Shown piece by piece: positions 12,741 to 27,500 of a DNA stretch of 64,000 nt; positions within the stretch are counted from its first letter, which is position 1, and each line of letters begins with the position of its first letter. The stretch lies in assembly GCA_964016885.1 (NCBI GenBank), contig OZ024742.1, positions 378,634,001 through 378,698,000 of the forward strand, read 5' to 3'. Source of the DNA: Eledone cirrhosa (taxonomy: Eukaryota). Made by a program: the position numbers and the translations under genes. The notes under the pieces are model-generated. The model did not search any database, was not told where the DNA came from, and saw only the letters and a list, made by a program, of their open reading frames with translations.

Positions 12741-15700
12741 ATGTTGTGGTCATTTGTAGCTCTATTGTAGCACTGAGCAGTCTATTGTATTAATGTTGTG
12801 GTCATTTGTTGTCTATTGTAGCACTGAGCAGTCTATTGTATTAATGTTGTGGTCATTTGTAGATCTATTGAAGCATTGAGCAGTCTATTGTATTAATGTT
12901 GTGGTCATCTGTAGCTCTATTGTAGCACTGAGCAGTCTATTGTATTAATGTTGTGGTCATTTGTAGCTCTATTGTAGCAATGAGCATTGTATTGTATTAA
13001 TGTTGTGGTCATTTGTAGTCTATCGTAGCACTGAGCAGTCTATTGTATTAATGTTGTGGTCATTTGTAGCTCTATTGTAGCACTGAGCAGTCTATTGTAT
13101 TAATGTTGTGGTCATTTGTAGTCTATTGTAGCACTGAGCAGTCTATTGTATTAATGTTGTTTGTCATTTGTAGTCTATTGTAGCACTGAGCAGACTATTG
13201 TATTAATGTTGTGGTCATTTGTAGTCTATTGTAGCACTGAGCAGTCTATTTTATTAATGTTGTGGTCATTTGTAGTCTATTGTTGCACTGAGCATTGTAT
13301 TGTATTAATGTTGTGGTCATTTGTAGTCTAGTGTAGCACTGAGCAGTCTATTGTATTAATTTTGTGGTCAATTGTATCTCTATTGTAGCACTGAACAGTC
13401 TATTGTATTAATGTTGTGGTCATTTCTAGTCTATTGTAGCACTGAGCAGTCTATTGTATTAATGTTGTGGTCATTTGTAGTCTATTGTAGCACTTAGCAG
13501 TCTATTGTATTAATGTTGTGGTCATTTGTTGTCTATTGTAGCACTGAGCAGTCTATTGTATTAATGTTGTGGTCATTTGTAGTCTCATGTAGCACTGAGC
13601 AGTCTATTGTATTAATGCTGTGGATATTTGTCGTCTATTGTAGCACTGAGCAGTCTATTGTACTAATATTGTGATCATTTGTAGTCTATTGTAGCATTGA
13701 GCAGTATATTGTATTAATGTTGTGGTCATTTGTAGCTCTATTGTAGCATTGAGCAGTCTATTGTATTAATGTTGTGGTCATTTGTAGTCTATTGTAGCAC
13801 TGAGCAGTCTATTGTATTAATGTTGTGGTCATTTGTAGTCTATTGTAGCACTGAGCAGTCTATTGTATTAATGTTGTCGTCATTTGTAGTCTATTGTAGC
13901 ACTGAGCAGTCTATTGTATTAATGTTGTGGTCATTTGTAGTCTATTGTAGCACTGAGCAGTCTATTGTATTAATGTTGTGGTCATTTGTAGTCTATTGTA
14001 GCACTGAGCAGTCTATTGTATTAATGTTGTGGTCATTTGTAGTCTATGTGGTCATTTGTAGCCTATGTGGTCATTTGTAGTCTATTGTAGCACTGAGCAG
14101 TCTATTGTATTTATGTTGTGGTCATTTGTAGTCTATTGTAGCACTGAGCAGTCTATTGTTTTAATGTTGTGGTCATTTGTTGTCTATTGTAGCACTGAGC
14201 AGTCTAATGTATTAACGTTGTGGTCATTTGTAGTCTAATGTAGCACTGAGCAGTCTATTGTATTAATGCTGTGGACATTTGTAGTCTATTGTAGCACTGA
14301 GCAGTCTATTGTATTAATATTGTGGTCATTTGTTGTCTATTGTAGCACTGAGCAGTCTATTGTATTAATGTTGTGGTCATTTGTAGTCTATTGTAGCACT
14401 GAGCAGTCTATTGTTTTAATGTTGTGGTCATTTGTAGATCTATTGTAGCATTGAGCAGTCTATTGTATTAATGTTGTGGTCATTTGTAGCTCTATTGTAG
14501 CATTGAGCAGTCTATTATATTAATGTTGTGGTCAGTTGTATTCTATTGTAGCACTGAGCAGACTATTGTATTAATGCTGTGGGCATTTGTAGCTCTATTG
14601 TAGCACTGAGCAGTCTATTGTATTAATGTTGTGGTCATTTGTAGCTCTATTGTAGCACTGAGCAGTCTATTGTATTAATGTTGTGGTCAGTTGTATTCTA
14701 TTGTAGCACTAAGCAGACTATTGTATTAATGTTGTGGTCAATTGTAGTCTATTGTAGCACTGAGCAGTCTATTGTATTAGTGTTGTGGTCATTTGTAGCT
14801 CTATAGTAGCACTGAGCAGTCTATTGTATTAATGTTGTGGTCAGTTGTAGTCTATTGTAGCACTGAGCAGTCTATTGTATTAATGTTGTGGTCATTTGTA
14901 GTCTATTGTAGCACTGAGCAGTCTATCGTATTAATGTTGTGGTCATTTGTAGCTCTATTGTAGCACTGAGCAGTCTATTGTATTAATGTTGTGGTCATTT
15001 GTAGTCTATTGTAGCACTGGGCATTGTATTGTATTAATGTTGTGGTCATTTGTAGCTCTATTGTAGCACTGAGCAGTCTATTATATTAATGTTGTGGTCA
15101 TTTGTAGTCTATCGTAGCACTGAGCAGTCTATTGTATTAGTGTTGTGGTCATTTGTAGCTCTATTGTAGCACTGAGCAGTCTATTGTATTAATGTTGTGG
15201 TCAGTTGTAGTCTATTGTAGCACTGAGCAGTCTATTGTATTAATGCTGTGGTCATTTGTAGCTCTATTGTAGCACTGAGCAATCTATTGTATTAATGTTG
15301 TGGTCATTTGTAGCTCTATTGTAGCAATGAGCATTGTATTGTATTAATGTTGTGGTCATTTGTAGTCTATCATAGCACTGAGCAGTCTATTGTATTAATG
15401 TTGTGGTCATTTGTAGCTCTATTGTAACACTGAGCAGTCTATTGTATTAATGTTGTGGTCGTTTGTAGTCTATTGTAGCACTGAGCAGACTATTGTATTA
15501 ATGTTGTGGTCAATTGTAGTCTATTGTAGCACTGAGCAGTCTATTGTATTAGTGTTGTGGTCATTTGTAGCTCTATTGTAGCACTGAGCAGTCTATCGTA
15601 TTAATGTTGTGGCCATTTGTAGTCTATTGTAGCACTGAGCAGTCTATTGTATTAATGTTGTGGTCATTTGTAGTCTATTGTAGCACTGAGCAGTCTATTG

Positions 15701-16439
15701 TATTAATGTTGTGTTCATTTGTAGTCTATTGTAGCACTGAGCAGTCTATTGTATTAATGTTGTCGTCATTTGTTGTCTATTGTAGCACTGAGCAGTCTAT
15801 TGTATTGATGTTGTGGTCATTTGTAGTGTATTGTAGCACTGAGCAGTCTATTGTATTAATGTTGTAGTCATTTGTAGGTCTATTGTAGCACTGAGCAGTC
15901 TATTGTATTAATATTGTGGTCATTTGTAGTCTATTGTAGCACTGAGCAGTCTATTGTATTAATGTTGTGGTCATTTGTAGTCTATGTGGTCATTTGTAGT
16001 CTATTGTAGCACTGATCAGTCTATTGTATTAATGTTGTGGTCATTTGTAGCTCTATTGTAGCACTGAGCAGTCTATTGTATTAATGTTGTGGTCATTTGT
16101 AGTCTATTGTAACACTGAGCAGTCTATTGTATTAATGTTGTGGTCAGTTGTAGTCTATTGTAGCACTGAGCAGACTATTGTATTAATGTTGTGGTCAATT
16201 GTAGTCTATTGTAGCACTGAGCAGTATATTGTATTAGTGTTGTGGTCATTTGTAGCTCTATTGTAGCAATGAGCATTGTATTGTATTAATGTTATGGTCA
16301 TTTGTAGTCTATCGTAGCACTGAGCAGTCTATTGTATTAATGTTGTGGTCATTTGTAGCTCTATTGTAGCAATGAGCAGTCTATTGTATTAATGTTGTGG
16401 TCATTTGTAGCCCTATTGTAGCACTGACCAGTCTATTGT

Positions 16440-19400
16440 ATTAATGTTGTGGTCATTTGTAGTCTATTGTATCACTGAGCAGTCTATCGTATTAATGTTG
16501 TGGTCATTTGTAATTTATTGTAGCACTGAGCAGACTATTGTATTAATGTTGTGGTCATTTGTATTCTATTGTAGCACTGAGCAGTCTATTTTATTAATGT
16601 TGTGGTCATTTGTATCTCTATTGTAGCACTGAGCATTGTATTGTATTAATGTTGTGGTCATTTGTAGTCTATTGTAGCACTGAGCAGTCTATTGTATTAA
16701 TGTTGTGGTCATTTGTAGCTCTATTGTAGCACTGAGCAGTCTATTGTATTAATGTTGTGGTCATTTGTAGTCTATTGTAACACTGAGCAGTCTATTGTAT
16801 TAATGTTGTGGTCAGTTGTAGTCTATTGTAGCACTGAGCAGACTATTGTATTAATGTTGTGGTCATTTGTAGCTCTATTGTAGCACTGAGCAGTCTATTG
16901 TATTAGTGTTGTGGTCATTTGTAGCTCTATAGTAGCACTGAGCAGTCTATTGTATTAATGTTGTGGTCAGTTGTAGTCTATTGTAGCACTGAGCAGTCTA
17001 TTGTATTAATGTTGTGGTCATTTGTAGTCTATTGTAGCACCGAGCAGTCTATTGTATTAATGTTGTGGTCATTTGTAATTTATTGTAGCACTGAGCAGAC
17101 TATTGTATTAATGTTGTGGTCATTTGTAGTCTATTGTAGCACTGAGCAGTCTATTGTATTAATGTTGTGGTCATTTGTAGTCTATTGTAGCACCGAGCAG
17201 TCTATTGTGTTAATGTTGTGGTCATTTGTAGCTCTATTGTAGCACTGAGCAGTCTATTGTATTAATGTTGTGGTCATTTGTAGTCTATTGTAGCACTGAG
17301 CAGTCTATTGTATTAATGTTGTGGTGATTTGTAGTCTAGTGTAGCACTGAGCAGTCTATTGTATTAATGTTATGGTCATTTGTAGTCTATTGTAGCACTG
17401 AGCAGTCTATTGTATTAATGTTGTGGTCATTTGTATCTCTATTGTACCACTGAGCATTGTATTGTATTAATGTTGTGGTCATTTGTAGTCTATTGTAGCA
17501 CTGAGCAGTCTATTGTATTAATGTTGTGGTCATTTGTAGCTCTATTGTAGCACTGAGCAGTCTATTGTATTAATGTTGTGGTCATTTGTAGTCTATTGTA
17601 ACACTGAGCAGTCTAATGTATTAATGTTGTGGTCAGTTGTAGTCTATTGTAGCACTGAGCAGACTATTGTATTAATGTTGTGGTCAATTGTAGTCTATTG
17701 TAGCACTGAGCAGTCTATTGTATTAGTGTTGTGGTCATTTGTAGCTCTATAGCAGCACTGAGCAGTCTATTGTATTAATGTTGTGGTCAGTTGTAGTCTA
17801 TTGTAGCACTGAGCAGTCTATTGTATTAATGTTGTGTTGATTTGTAGTCTATTGTAGCACCGAGCAGTCTATTGTGTTAATGTGGTGGTCATTTGTAGCT
17901 CTATTGTAGCACTGAGCAGTCTATTGTATTAATGTTGTGGTCATTTGTAGTCTATTGTAGCACTGAGCAGTCTATTGTATTAATGTTGTGGTGATTTGTA
18001 GTCTAGTGTAGCACTGAGCAGTCTATTGTATTAATGTTATGGTCATTTGTAGTCTATTGTAGCACTGAGCAGTCTATTGTATTAATGTTGTGGTCATTTG
18101 TAGTCTATTGTAGCACTGAGCAGTCTATTGTATTAATGTCGTGGTCATTTGAAGTCTATTGTAGCACTGAGCAGTCTATTGTGTTAATGTTGTGGACATT
18201 TGTAGCTCTATTGTAGCACTGAGCAGTCTATTGTATTAATGTTGTGGCCATTTGTAGTCTATTGTAGCACTGAGCAGTCTATCGTATTAATGTTGTGGTC
18301 ATTTGTAATTTATTGTAGCACTGAGCAGACTATTGTATTAATGTTGTGGTCATTTGTAGTCTATTGTAGCACTGAGCAGTCTATTTTATTAATGTTGTGG
18401 TCATTTGTATCTCTATTGTAGCACTGAGCATTGTATTGTATTAATGTTGTGGTCATTTGTAGTCTATTGTAGCACTGAGCAGTCTATCGTATTAATGTTG
18501 TGGTCATTTGTAATTTATTGTAGCACTGAGCAGACTATTGTATTAATGTTGTGGTCATTTGTAGTCTATTGTAGCACTGAGCAGTCTATTTTATTAATGT
18601 TGTGGTCATTTGTATCTCTATTGTAGCACTGAGCACTGTATTGTATTAATGTTGTGGTCATTTGTAGTCTATTGTAGCACTGAGCAGTCTATTGTATTAA
18701 TGTTGTGGTCATTTGTAGCTCTATTGTAGCACTGAGCAGTCTATTGTATTAATGTTGTGGTCATTTGTAGTCTATTGTAACACTGAGCAGTCTATTGTAT
18801 TAATGTTGTGGTCAGTTGTAGTCTATTGTAGCACTGAGCAGACTATTGTATTAATGTTGTGGTCAATTGTAGTCTATTGTAGCACTGAGCAGTCTATTGT
18901 ATTAGTGTTGTGGTCATTTGTAGCTCTATAGTAGCACTGAGCAGTCTATTGTATAAATGTTGTGGTCAGTTGTAGTCTATTGTAGCACTGAGCAGTCTAA
19001 TGTATTAATGTTGTGGTCATTTGTAGTCTATTGTAGCACCGAGCAGTCTATTGTGTTAATGTTGTGGTCATTTGTAGCTCTATTGTAGCACTGAGCAGTC
19101 TATTGTATTAATGTTGTGGTCATTTGTAGTCTATTGTAGCACTGAGCAGTCTATTGTGTTAATGTTGTGGTCATTTGTAATTTATTGTAGCACTGAGCAG
19201 ACTATTGTATTAATGTTGTGGTCATTTGTAGTCTATTGTAGCACTGAGCAGTCTATTTTATTAATGTTGTGGTCATTTGTATCTCTATTGTAGCACTGAG
19301 CATTGTATTGTATTAATGTTGTGGTCATTTGTAGTCTATTGTAGCACTGAGCAGTCTATTGTATTAATGTTGTGGTCATTTGTAGCTCTATTGTAGCACT

Positions 19401-22400
19401 GAGCAGTCTATTGTATTAATGTTGTGGTCATTTGTAGTCTATTGTAACACTGAGCAGTCTATTGTATTAATGTTGTGGTCAGTTGTAGTCTATTGTAGCA
19501 CTGAGCAGACTATTTTATTAATGTTGTGGTCAATTGTAGTCTATTGTAGCACTGAGCAGTCTATTGTATTAGTGTTGTGGTCATTTGTAGCTCTATAGTA
19601 GCACTGAGCAATCTATTGTATTAATGTTGTGGTCAGTTGTAGTCTATTGTAGCACTTAGCAGTCTATTGTATTAATGTTGTGGTCATTTGTAGTCTATTG
19701 TAGCACCGAGCAGTCTATTGTGTTAATGTTGTGGTCATTTGTAGCTCTATTGTAGCACTGAGCAGTCTATTGTATTAATGTTGTGGTCATTTGTATTCTA
19801 TTGTAGCACTGAGCAGTCTATTGTATTAATGTTGTGGTGATTTGTAGTCTAGTGTAGCACTGAGCAGTCTATTGTATTAATGTTATGGTCATTTGTAGTC
19901 TATTGTAGCACTGAGCAGTCTATCGTATTAATGTTGTGGTCATTTGTAATTTATTGTAGCACTGAGCAGACTATTGTATTAATGTTGTGGTCATTTGTAT
20001 TCTATTGTAGCACTGAGCAGTCTATTTTATTAATGTTGTGGTCATTTGTATCTCTATTGTAGCACTGAGCATTGTATTGTATTAATGTTGTGGTCATTTG
20101 TAGTCTATTGTAGCACTGAGCAGTCTATTGTATTAATGTTGTGGTCATTTGTAGCTCTATTGTAGCACTGAGCAGTCTATTGTATTAATGTTGTGGTCAT
20201 TTGTAGTCTATTGTAACACTGAGCAGTCTATTGTATTAATGTTGTGGTCAGTTGTAGTCTATTGTAGCACTGAGCAGACTATTGTATTAATGTTGTGGTC
20301 AATTGTAGTCTATTGTAGCACTGAGCAGTCTATTGTATTAGTGTTGTGGTCATTTGTAGCTCTATAGTAGCACTGAGCAGTCTATTGTATTAATGTTGTG
20401 GTCAGTTGTAGTCTATTGTAGCACTGAGCAGTCTATTGTATTAATGTTGTGGTCATTTGTAGTATATTGTAGCACCGAGCAATCTATTGTGTTAATGTTG
20501 TGGTCATTTGTAGCTCTATTGTAGCACTGAGCAGTCTATTGTATTAATGTTGTGGTCATTTGTAGTCTATTGTAGCACTGAGCAGTCTATTGTATTAATG
20601 TTGTGGTCATTTGTAATTTATTGTAGCACTGAGCAGACTATTGTATTAATGTTGTGGTCATTTGTAGTCTATTGTAGCACTGAGCAGTCTATTTTATTAA
20701 TGTTGTGGTCATTTGTATCTCTATTGTAGCACTGAGCATTGTATTGTATTAATGTTGTGGTCATTTGTAGTCTATTGTAGCACTGAGCAGTCTATTGTAT
20801 TAATGTTGTGGTCATTTGTAGCTCTATTGTAGCACTGAGCAGTCTATTGTATTAATGTTGTGGTCATTTGTAGTCTATTGTAACACTGAGCAGTCTATTG
20901 TATTAATGTTGTGGTCAGTTGTAGTCTATTGTAGCACTGAGCAGACTATTTTATTAATGTTGTGGTCAATTGTAGTCTATTGTAGCACTGAGCAGTCTAT
21001 TGTATTAGTGTTGTGGTCATTTGTAGCTCTATAGTAGCACTGAGCAGTCTATTGTATTAATGTTGTGGTCAGTTGTAGTCTATTGTAGCACTTAGCAGTC
21101 TATTGTATTAATGTTGTGGTCATTTGTAGTCTATTGTAGCACCGAGCAGTCTATTGTGTTAATGTTGTGGTCATTTGTAGCTCTATTGTAGCACTGAGCA
21201 GTCTATTGTATTAATGTTGTGGTCATTTGTAGTCTATTGTAGCACTGAGCAGTCTATTTTATTAATGTTGTGGTGATTTGTAGTCTAGTGTAGCACTGAG
21301 CAGTCTATTGTATTAATGTTATGGTCATTTGTAGTCTATTGTAGCACTGAGCAGTCTATTGTATTAATGTTGTGGTCATTTGTATCTCTATTGTACCACT
21401 GAGCATTGTATTGTATTAATGTTGTGGTCATTTGTAGTCTATTGTATCACTGAGCAGTCTATTGTCTTAATGTTGTGGTCATTTGTAGCTCTATTGTAGC
21501 ACTGAGCAGTCTATTGTATTAATGTTGTGGTCATTTGTAGTCTATTGTAACACTGAGCAGTCTATTGTATTAATGTTGTGGTCAGTTGTAGTCTATTGTA
21601 GCACTGAGCAGACTATTGTATTAATGTTGTGGTCAATTGTAGTCTATTGTAGCACTGAGCAGTCTATTGTATTAGTGTTGTGGTCATTTGTAGCTCTATA
21701 GTAGCACTGAGCAGTCTATTGTATTAATGTTGTGGTCAGTTGTAGTCTATTGTAGCACTGAGCAGTCTATTGTATTAATGTTGTGGTCATTTGTAGTCTA
21801 TTGTAGCACCGAGCAGTCTATTGTGTTAATGTGGTGGTCATTTGTAGCTCTATTGTAGCACTGAGCAGTCTATTGTATTAATGTTGTGGTCATTTGTAGT
21901 CTATTGTAGCACTGAGCAGTCTATTGTATTAATGTTGTGGTGATTTGTAGTCTAGTGTAGCACTGAGCAGTCTATTGTATTAATGTTATGGTCATTTGTA
22001 GTCTATTGTAGCACTGAGCAGTCTATTGTATTAATGTTGTGGTCATTTGTAGTCTATTGTAGCACTGAGCAGTCTATTGTATTAATGTCGTGGTCATTTG
22101 AAGTCTATTGTAGCACTGAGCAGTCTATTGTGTTAATGTTGTGGACATTTGTAGCTCTATTGTAGCACTGAGCAGTCTATTGTATTAATGTTGTGGCCAT
22201 TTGTAGTCTATTGTAGCACTGAGCAGTCTATCGTATTAATGTTGTGGTCATTTGTAATTTATTGTAGCACTGAGCAGACTATTGTATTAATGTTGTGGTC
22301 ATTTGTAGTCTATTGTAGCACTGAGCAGTCTATTTTATTAATGTTGTGGTCATTTGTATCTCTATTGTAGCACTGAGCATTGTATTGTATTAATGTTGTG

Positions 22401-24500
22401 GTCATTTGTAGTCTATTGTAGCACTGAGCAGTCTATCGTATTAATGTTGTGGTCATTTGTAATTTATTGTAGCACTGAGCAGACTATTGTATTAATGTTG
22501 TGGTCATTTGTAGTCTATTGTAGCACTGAGCAGTCTATTTTATTAATGTTGTGGTCATTTGTATCTCTATTGTAGCACTGAGCATTGTATTGTATTAATG
22601 TTGTGGTCATTTGTAGTCTATTGTAGCACTGAGCAGTCTATTGTATTAATGTTGTGGTCATTTGTAGCTCTATTGTAGCACTGAGCAGTCTATTGTATTA
22701 ATGTTGTGGTCATTTGTAGTCTATTGTAACACTGAGCAGTCTATTGTATTAATGTTGTGGTCAGTTGTAGTCTATTGTAGCACTGAGCAGACTATTGTAT
22801 TAATGTTGTGGTCAATTGTAGTCTATTGTAGCACTGAGCAGTCTATTGTATTAGTGTTGTGGTCATTTGTAGCTCTATAGTAGCACTGAGCAGTCTATTG
22901 TATTAATGTTGTGGTCAGTTGTAGTCTATTGTAGCACTGAGCAGTCTAATGTATTAATGTTGTGGTCATATGTAGTCTATTGTAGCACCGAGCAGTCTAT
23001 TGTGTTAATGTTGTGGTCATTTGTAGCTCTATTGTAGCACTGAGCAGTCTATTGTATTAATGTTGTGGTCATTTGTAGTATATTGTAGCACTGAGCAGTC
23101 TATTGTGTTAATGTTGTGGTCATTTGTAATTTATTGTAGCACTGAGCAGACTACTGTATTAATGTTGTGGTCATTTGTAGTCTATTGTAGCACTGAGCAG
23201 TCTATTTTATTAATGTTGTGGTCATTTGTATCTCTATTGTAGCACTGAGCATTGTATTGTATTAATGTTGTGGTCATTTGCAGTCTATTGTAGCACCGAG
23301 CAGTCTATTGTGTTAATGTTGTGGTCATTTGTAGCTCTATTGTAGCACTGAGCAGTCTATTGTATTAATGTTGTGGTCATTTGTAGTCTATTGTAGCACT
23401 GAGCAGTCTATTGTATTAATGTTGTGGTGATTTGTAGTCTAGTGTAGCACTGAGCAGTCTATTGTATTAATGTTATGGTCATTTGTAGTCTATTGTAGCA
23501 CTGAGCAGTCTATTGTATTAATGTTGTGGTCATTTGTATCTCTATTGTACCACTGAGCATTGTATTTTATTAATGTTGTGGTCATTTGTAGTCTATTGTA
23601 GCACTGAGCAGTCTATTGTATTAATGTTGTGGTCATTTGTAGCTCTATTGTAGCACTGAGCAGTCTATTGTATTAATGTTGTGGTCATTTGTAGTCTATT
23701 GTAACACTGAGCAGTCTATTGTATTAATGTTGTGGTCAGTTGTAGTCTATTGTAGCACTGAGCAGACTATTGTATTAATGTTGTGGTCAATTGTAGTCTA
23801 TTGTAGCACTGAGCAGTCTATTGTATTAGTGTTGTGGTCATTTGTAGCTCTATAGTAGCACTGAGCAGTCTATTGTATTAATGTTGTGGTCAGTTGTAGT
23901 CTATTGTAGCACTGAGCAGTCTATTGTATTAATGTTGTGGTCATTTGTAGTCTATTGTAGCACCGAGCAGTCTATTGTGTTAATGTTGTGGTCATTTGTA
24001 GCTCTATTGTAGCACTGAGCAGTCTATTGTATTAATGTTGTGGTCATTTGTAGTCTAGTGTAGCACTGAGCAGTCTATTGTATTAATGTTGTGGTCATTT
24101 GTAGTCTATTGTAGCACTGAGCAGTCTATTGTATTAATGTTGTGGTCATTTGTAGCTCTATTGTAGCACTGAGCAGTCTATTGTATTAATGTTGTGGTCA
24201 TTTGTAGTCTATTGTAACACTGAGCAGTCTAATGTATTAATGTTGTGGTCAGTTGTAGTCTATTGTAGCACTGAGCAGACTATTGTATTAATGTTGTGGT
24301 CAATTGTAGTCTATTGTAGCACTGAGCAGTCTATTGTATTAGTGTTGTGGTCATTTGTAGCTCTATAGCAGCACTGAGCAGTCTATTGTATTAATGTTGT
24401 GGTCAGTTGTAGTCTATTGTAGCACTGAGCAGTCTATTGTATTAATGTTGTGGTGATTTGTAGTCTATTGTAGCACCGAGCAGTCTATTGTATTAATGTT
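16440..24500. repeat. Local higher-order repeat domain with 13-mer (667 bp) and 15-mer (769 bp) units; 28-mer (1436 bp) and 3949-bp super-periods
   Basis: An ordered cassette recurs: GTAATTTATT, ATTTTATT, GTATCTCT, GCATTGTATT, GTAACACT, CAGTTG, CAATTG, TTAGTG, CTATAGT, CACCGAG, GTGTTAA. Equivalent starts at 18444, 19111, 19880 and 20547 give spacings of 667, 769 and 667. ORF pairs 18034/21983 and 19111/23060 differ by 3949. Confidence 0.85.
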
Positions 24501-27500
24501 GTGGTCATTTGTAGTCTATTGTAGCACTGAGCAGTCTATTGTATTAATGTTGTGGTCATTTGTAGGTCTATTGTAGCACTGAGCAGTCTATTGTATTAAT
24601 ATTGTGGTCATTTGTAGTCTATTGTAGCACTGATCAGTCTATTGTATTAATGTTGTGGTCATTTGTAGTCTATGTGGTCATTTGTAGTCTATTGTAGCAC
24701 TGAGCAGTCTATTGTATTAATGTTGTGGTCATTTGTAGCTCTATTGTAGCACTGAGCAGTCTATTGTATTAATGCTGTGGTCAGTTGTAGTCTATTGTAG
24801 CACTGAGCAGACTATTGTATTAATGTTGTGGTCAATTGTAGTCTATTGTAGCACTGAGCAGTCTATTGTATTAGTGTTGTGGTCATTTGTAGCTCTATAT
24901 TAGCACTGAGCAGTCTATTGTATTAATGTTGTGGTCAGTTGTAGACTATTGTAGCACCGAGCAGTCTATTGTGTTAATGTTGTGGTCATTTGTAGCTCTA
25001 TTGTAGCACTGAGCAGTCTATTGTATTAATGTTGTGGTCATTTGTAGTCTATTGTAGCACTGAGCAGTCTATTGTATTAATGTTGTGGTGATTTGTAGTC
25101 TAGTGTAGCACTGAGCAGTCTATTGTATTAATGTTATGGTCATTTGTAGTCTATTGTAGCACTGAGCAGTCTATTGTATTAATGTTGTGGTCATTTGTAG
25201 TATATTGTAGCACTGAGCAGTCTATTGTATTAATGTTGTGGTCATTTGTAGTCTATTGTAGCACTGGGCATTCTATTGTATTAATGTTGTGGTCATTTGT
25301 AGCTCTATTGTAGCACTGAGCAGTCTATTATATTAATGTTGTGGTCATTTGTAGTCTATTGTAGCACTGAGCAGTCTATTGTATTAGTGTTGTGGTCATT
25401 TGTAGCTCAATTGTAGCACTGAGCAGTCTATTGTATTAATGTTGTGGTCAGTTGTAGTCTATTGTAGCACTGAGCAGTCTATTGTATTAATGTTGTTGTC
25501 ATTTGTAGCTCTATTGTAGCACTGAGCAGTCTATTGTATTAATGGTGTGGTCATTTGTAGCTCTATTGTAGCAATGAGCATTGTATTGTATTAATGTTGT
25601 CGTCATTTGTAGTCTATCGTAGCACTGAGCAGTCTATTGTATTAATGTTGTGGTCATTTGTAGCTCTATTATAGCACTGAGCAGTCTATTGTATTAATGT
25701 TGTGGTCATTTGTAGCTCTATTGTAGCACTGAGCAGTCTATTGTATTAATGTTGTGGTCATTTGTAGTCTATTGTAGCACTGAGCAGTCTATTGTATTAA
25801 TGTTGTGGTCATTTGTAATTTATTGTAGCACTGAGCAGACTATTGTATTAATGTTGTGGTCATTTGTAGTCTATTGTAGCACTGAGCAGTCTATTTTATT
25901 AATGTTGTGGTCATTTGTATCTCTATCGTAGCACTGAGCATTGTATTGTATTAATGTTGTGGTCATTTGTAGTCTATTGTAGCACTGAGCAGTCTATTGT
26001 ATTAATGTTGTGGTCATTTGTAGCTCTATTGTAGCACTGAGCAGTCTATTGTATTAATGTTGTGGTCATTTGTAGTCTATTGTAACACTGAGCAGTCTAT
26101 TGTATTAATGTTGTGGTCAGTTGTAGTCTATTGTAGCACTGAGCAGACTATTGTATTAATGTTGTGGTCAATTGTAGTCTATTGTAGCACTGAGCAGTCT
26201 ATTGTATTAGTGTTGTGGTCATTTGTAGCTCTATTGTAGCACTGAGCAGTCTATTATATTAATGTTGTGGTCATTTGTAGTCTATTGTAGCACTGAGCAG
26301 TCTATTGTATTAGTGTTGTGGTCATTTGTAGCTCTATTGTAGCACTGAGCAGTCTATTGTATTAATGTTGTGGTCAGTTGTAGTCTATTGTAGCACTGAG
26401 CAGTCTATTGTATTAATGTTGTTGTCATTTGTAGCTCTATTGTAGCACTGAGCAGTCTATTGTATTAATGTTGTGGTCATTTGTAGCTCTATTGTAGCAA
26501 TGAGCATTGTATTGTATTAATGTTGTGGTCATTTGTAGTCTATCGTAGCACTGAGCAGTCTATTGTATTAATGTTGTGGTCATTTGTAGCTCTATTATAG
26601 CACTGAGCAGTCTATTGTATTAATGTTGTGGTCATTTGTAGCTCTATTGTAGCACTGAGCAGTCTATTGTATTAATGTTGTGGTCATTTGTAGTCTATTG
26701 TAGCACTGAGCAGTCTATTGTATTAATGTTGTGGTCATTTGTAATTTATTGTAGCACTGAGCAGACTATTGTATTAATGTTGTGGTCATTTGTAGTCTAT
26801 TGTAGCACTGAGCAGTCTATTTTATTAATGTTGTGGTCATTTGTAGCTCTATAGTAGCACTGAGCAGTCTATTGTATTAATGTTGTGGTCAGTTGTAGTC
26901 TATTGTAGCACTGAGCAGTCTATTGTATTAATGTTGTGGTCATTTGTAGTCTATTGTAGCACCGAGCAGTCTATTGTGTTAATGTTGTGGTCATTTGTAG
27001 CTCTATTGTAGCACTGAGCAGTCTATTGTATTAATGTTGTGGTCATTTGTAGTCTATTGTAGCACTGAGCAGTCTATTGTATTAATGTTGTGGTGATTTG
27101 TAGTCTATTGTAGCACTGAGCAGTCTATTGTATTAATGTTGTGGTCATTTGTAGTCTATTGTAGCACTGAGCAGTCTATTGTATTAATGTTGTGGTGATT
27201 TGTAGTCTAGTGTAGCACTGAGCAGTCTATTGTATTAATGTTATGGTCATTTGTAGTCTATTGTAGCACTGAGCAGTCTATTGTATTAATGTTGTGGTCA
27301 TTTGTATCTCTATTGTACCACTGAGCATTGTATTGTATTAATGTTGTGGTCATTTGTAGTCTATTGTATCACTGAGCAGTCTATTGTCTTAATGTTGTGG
27401 TCATTTGTAGCTCTATTGTAGCACTGAGCAGTCTATTGTATTAATGTTGTGGTCATTTGTAGTCTATTGTAACACTGAGCAGTCTATTGTATTAATGTTG

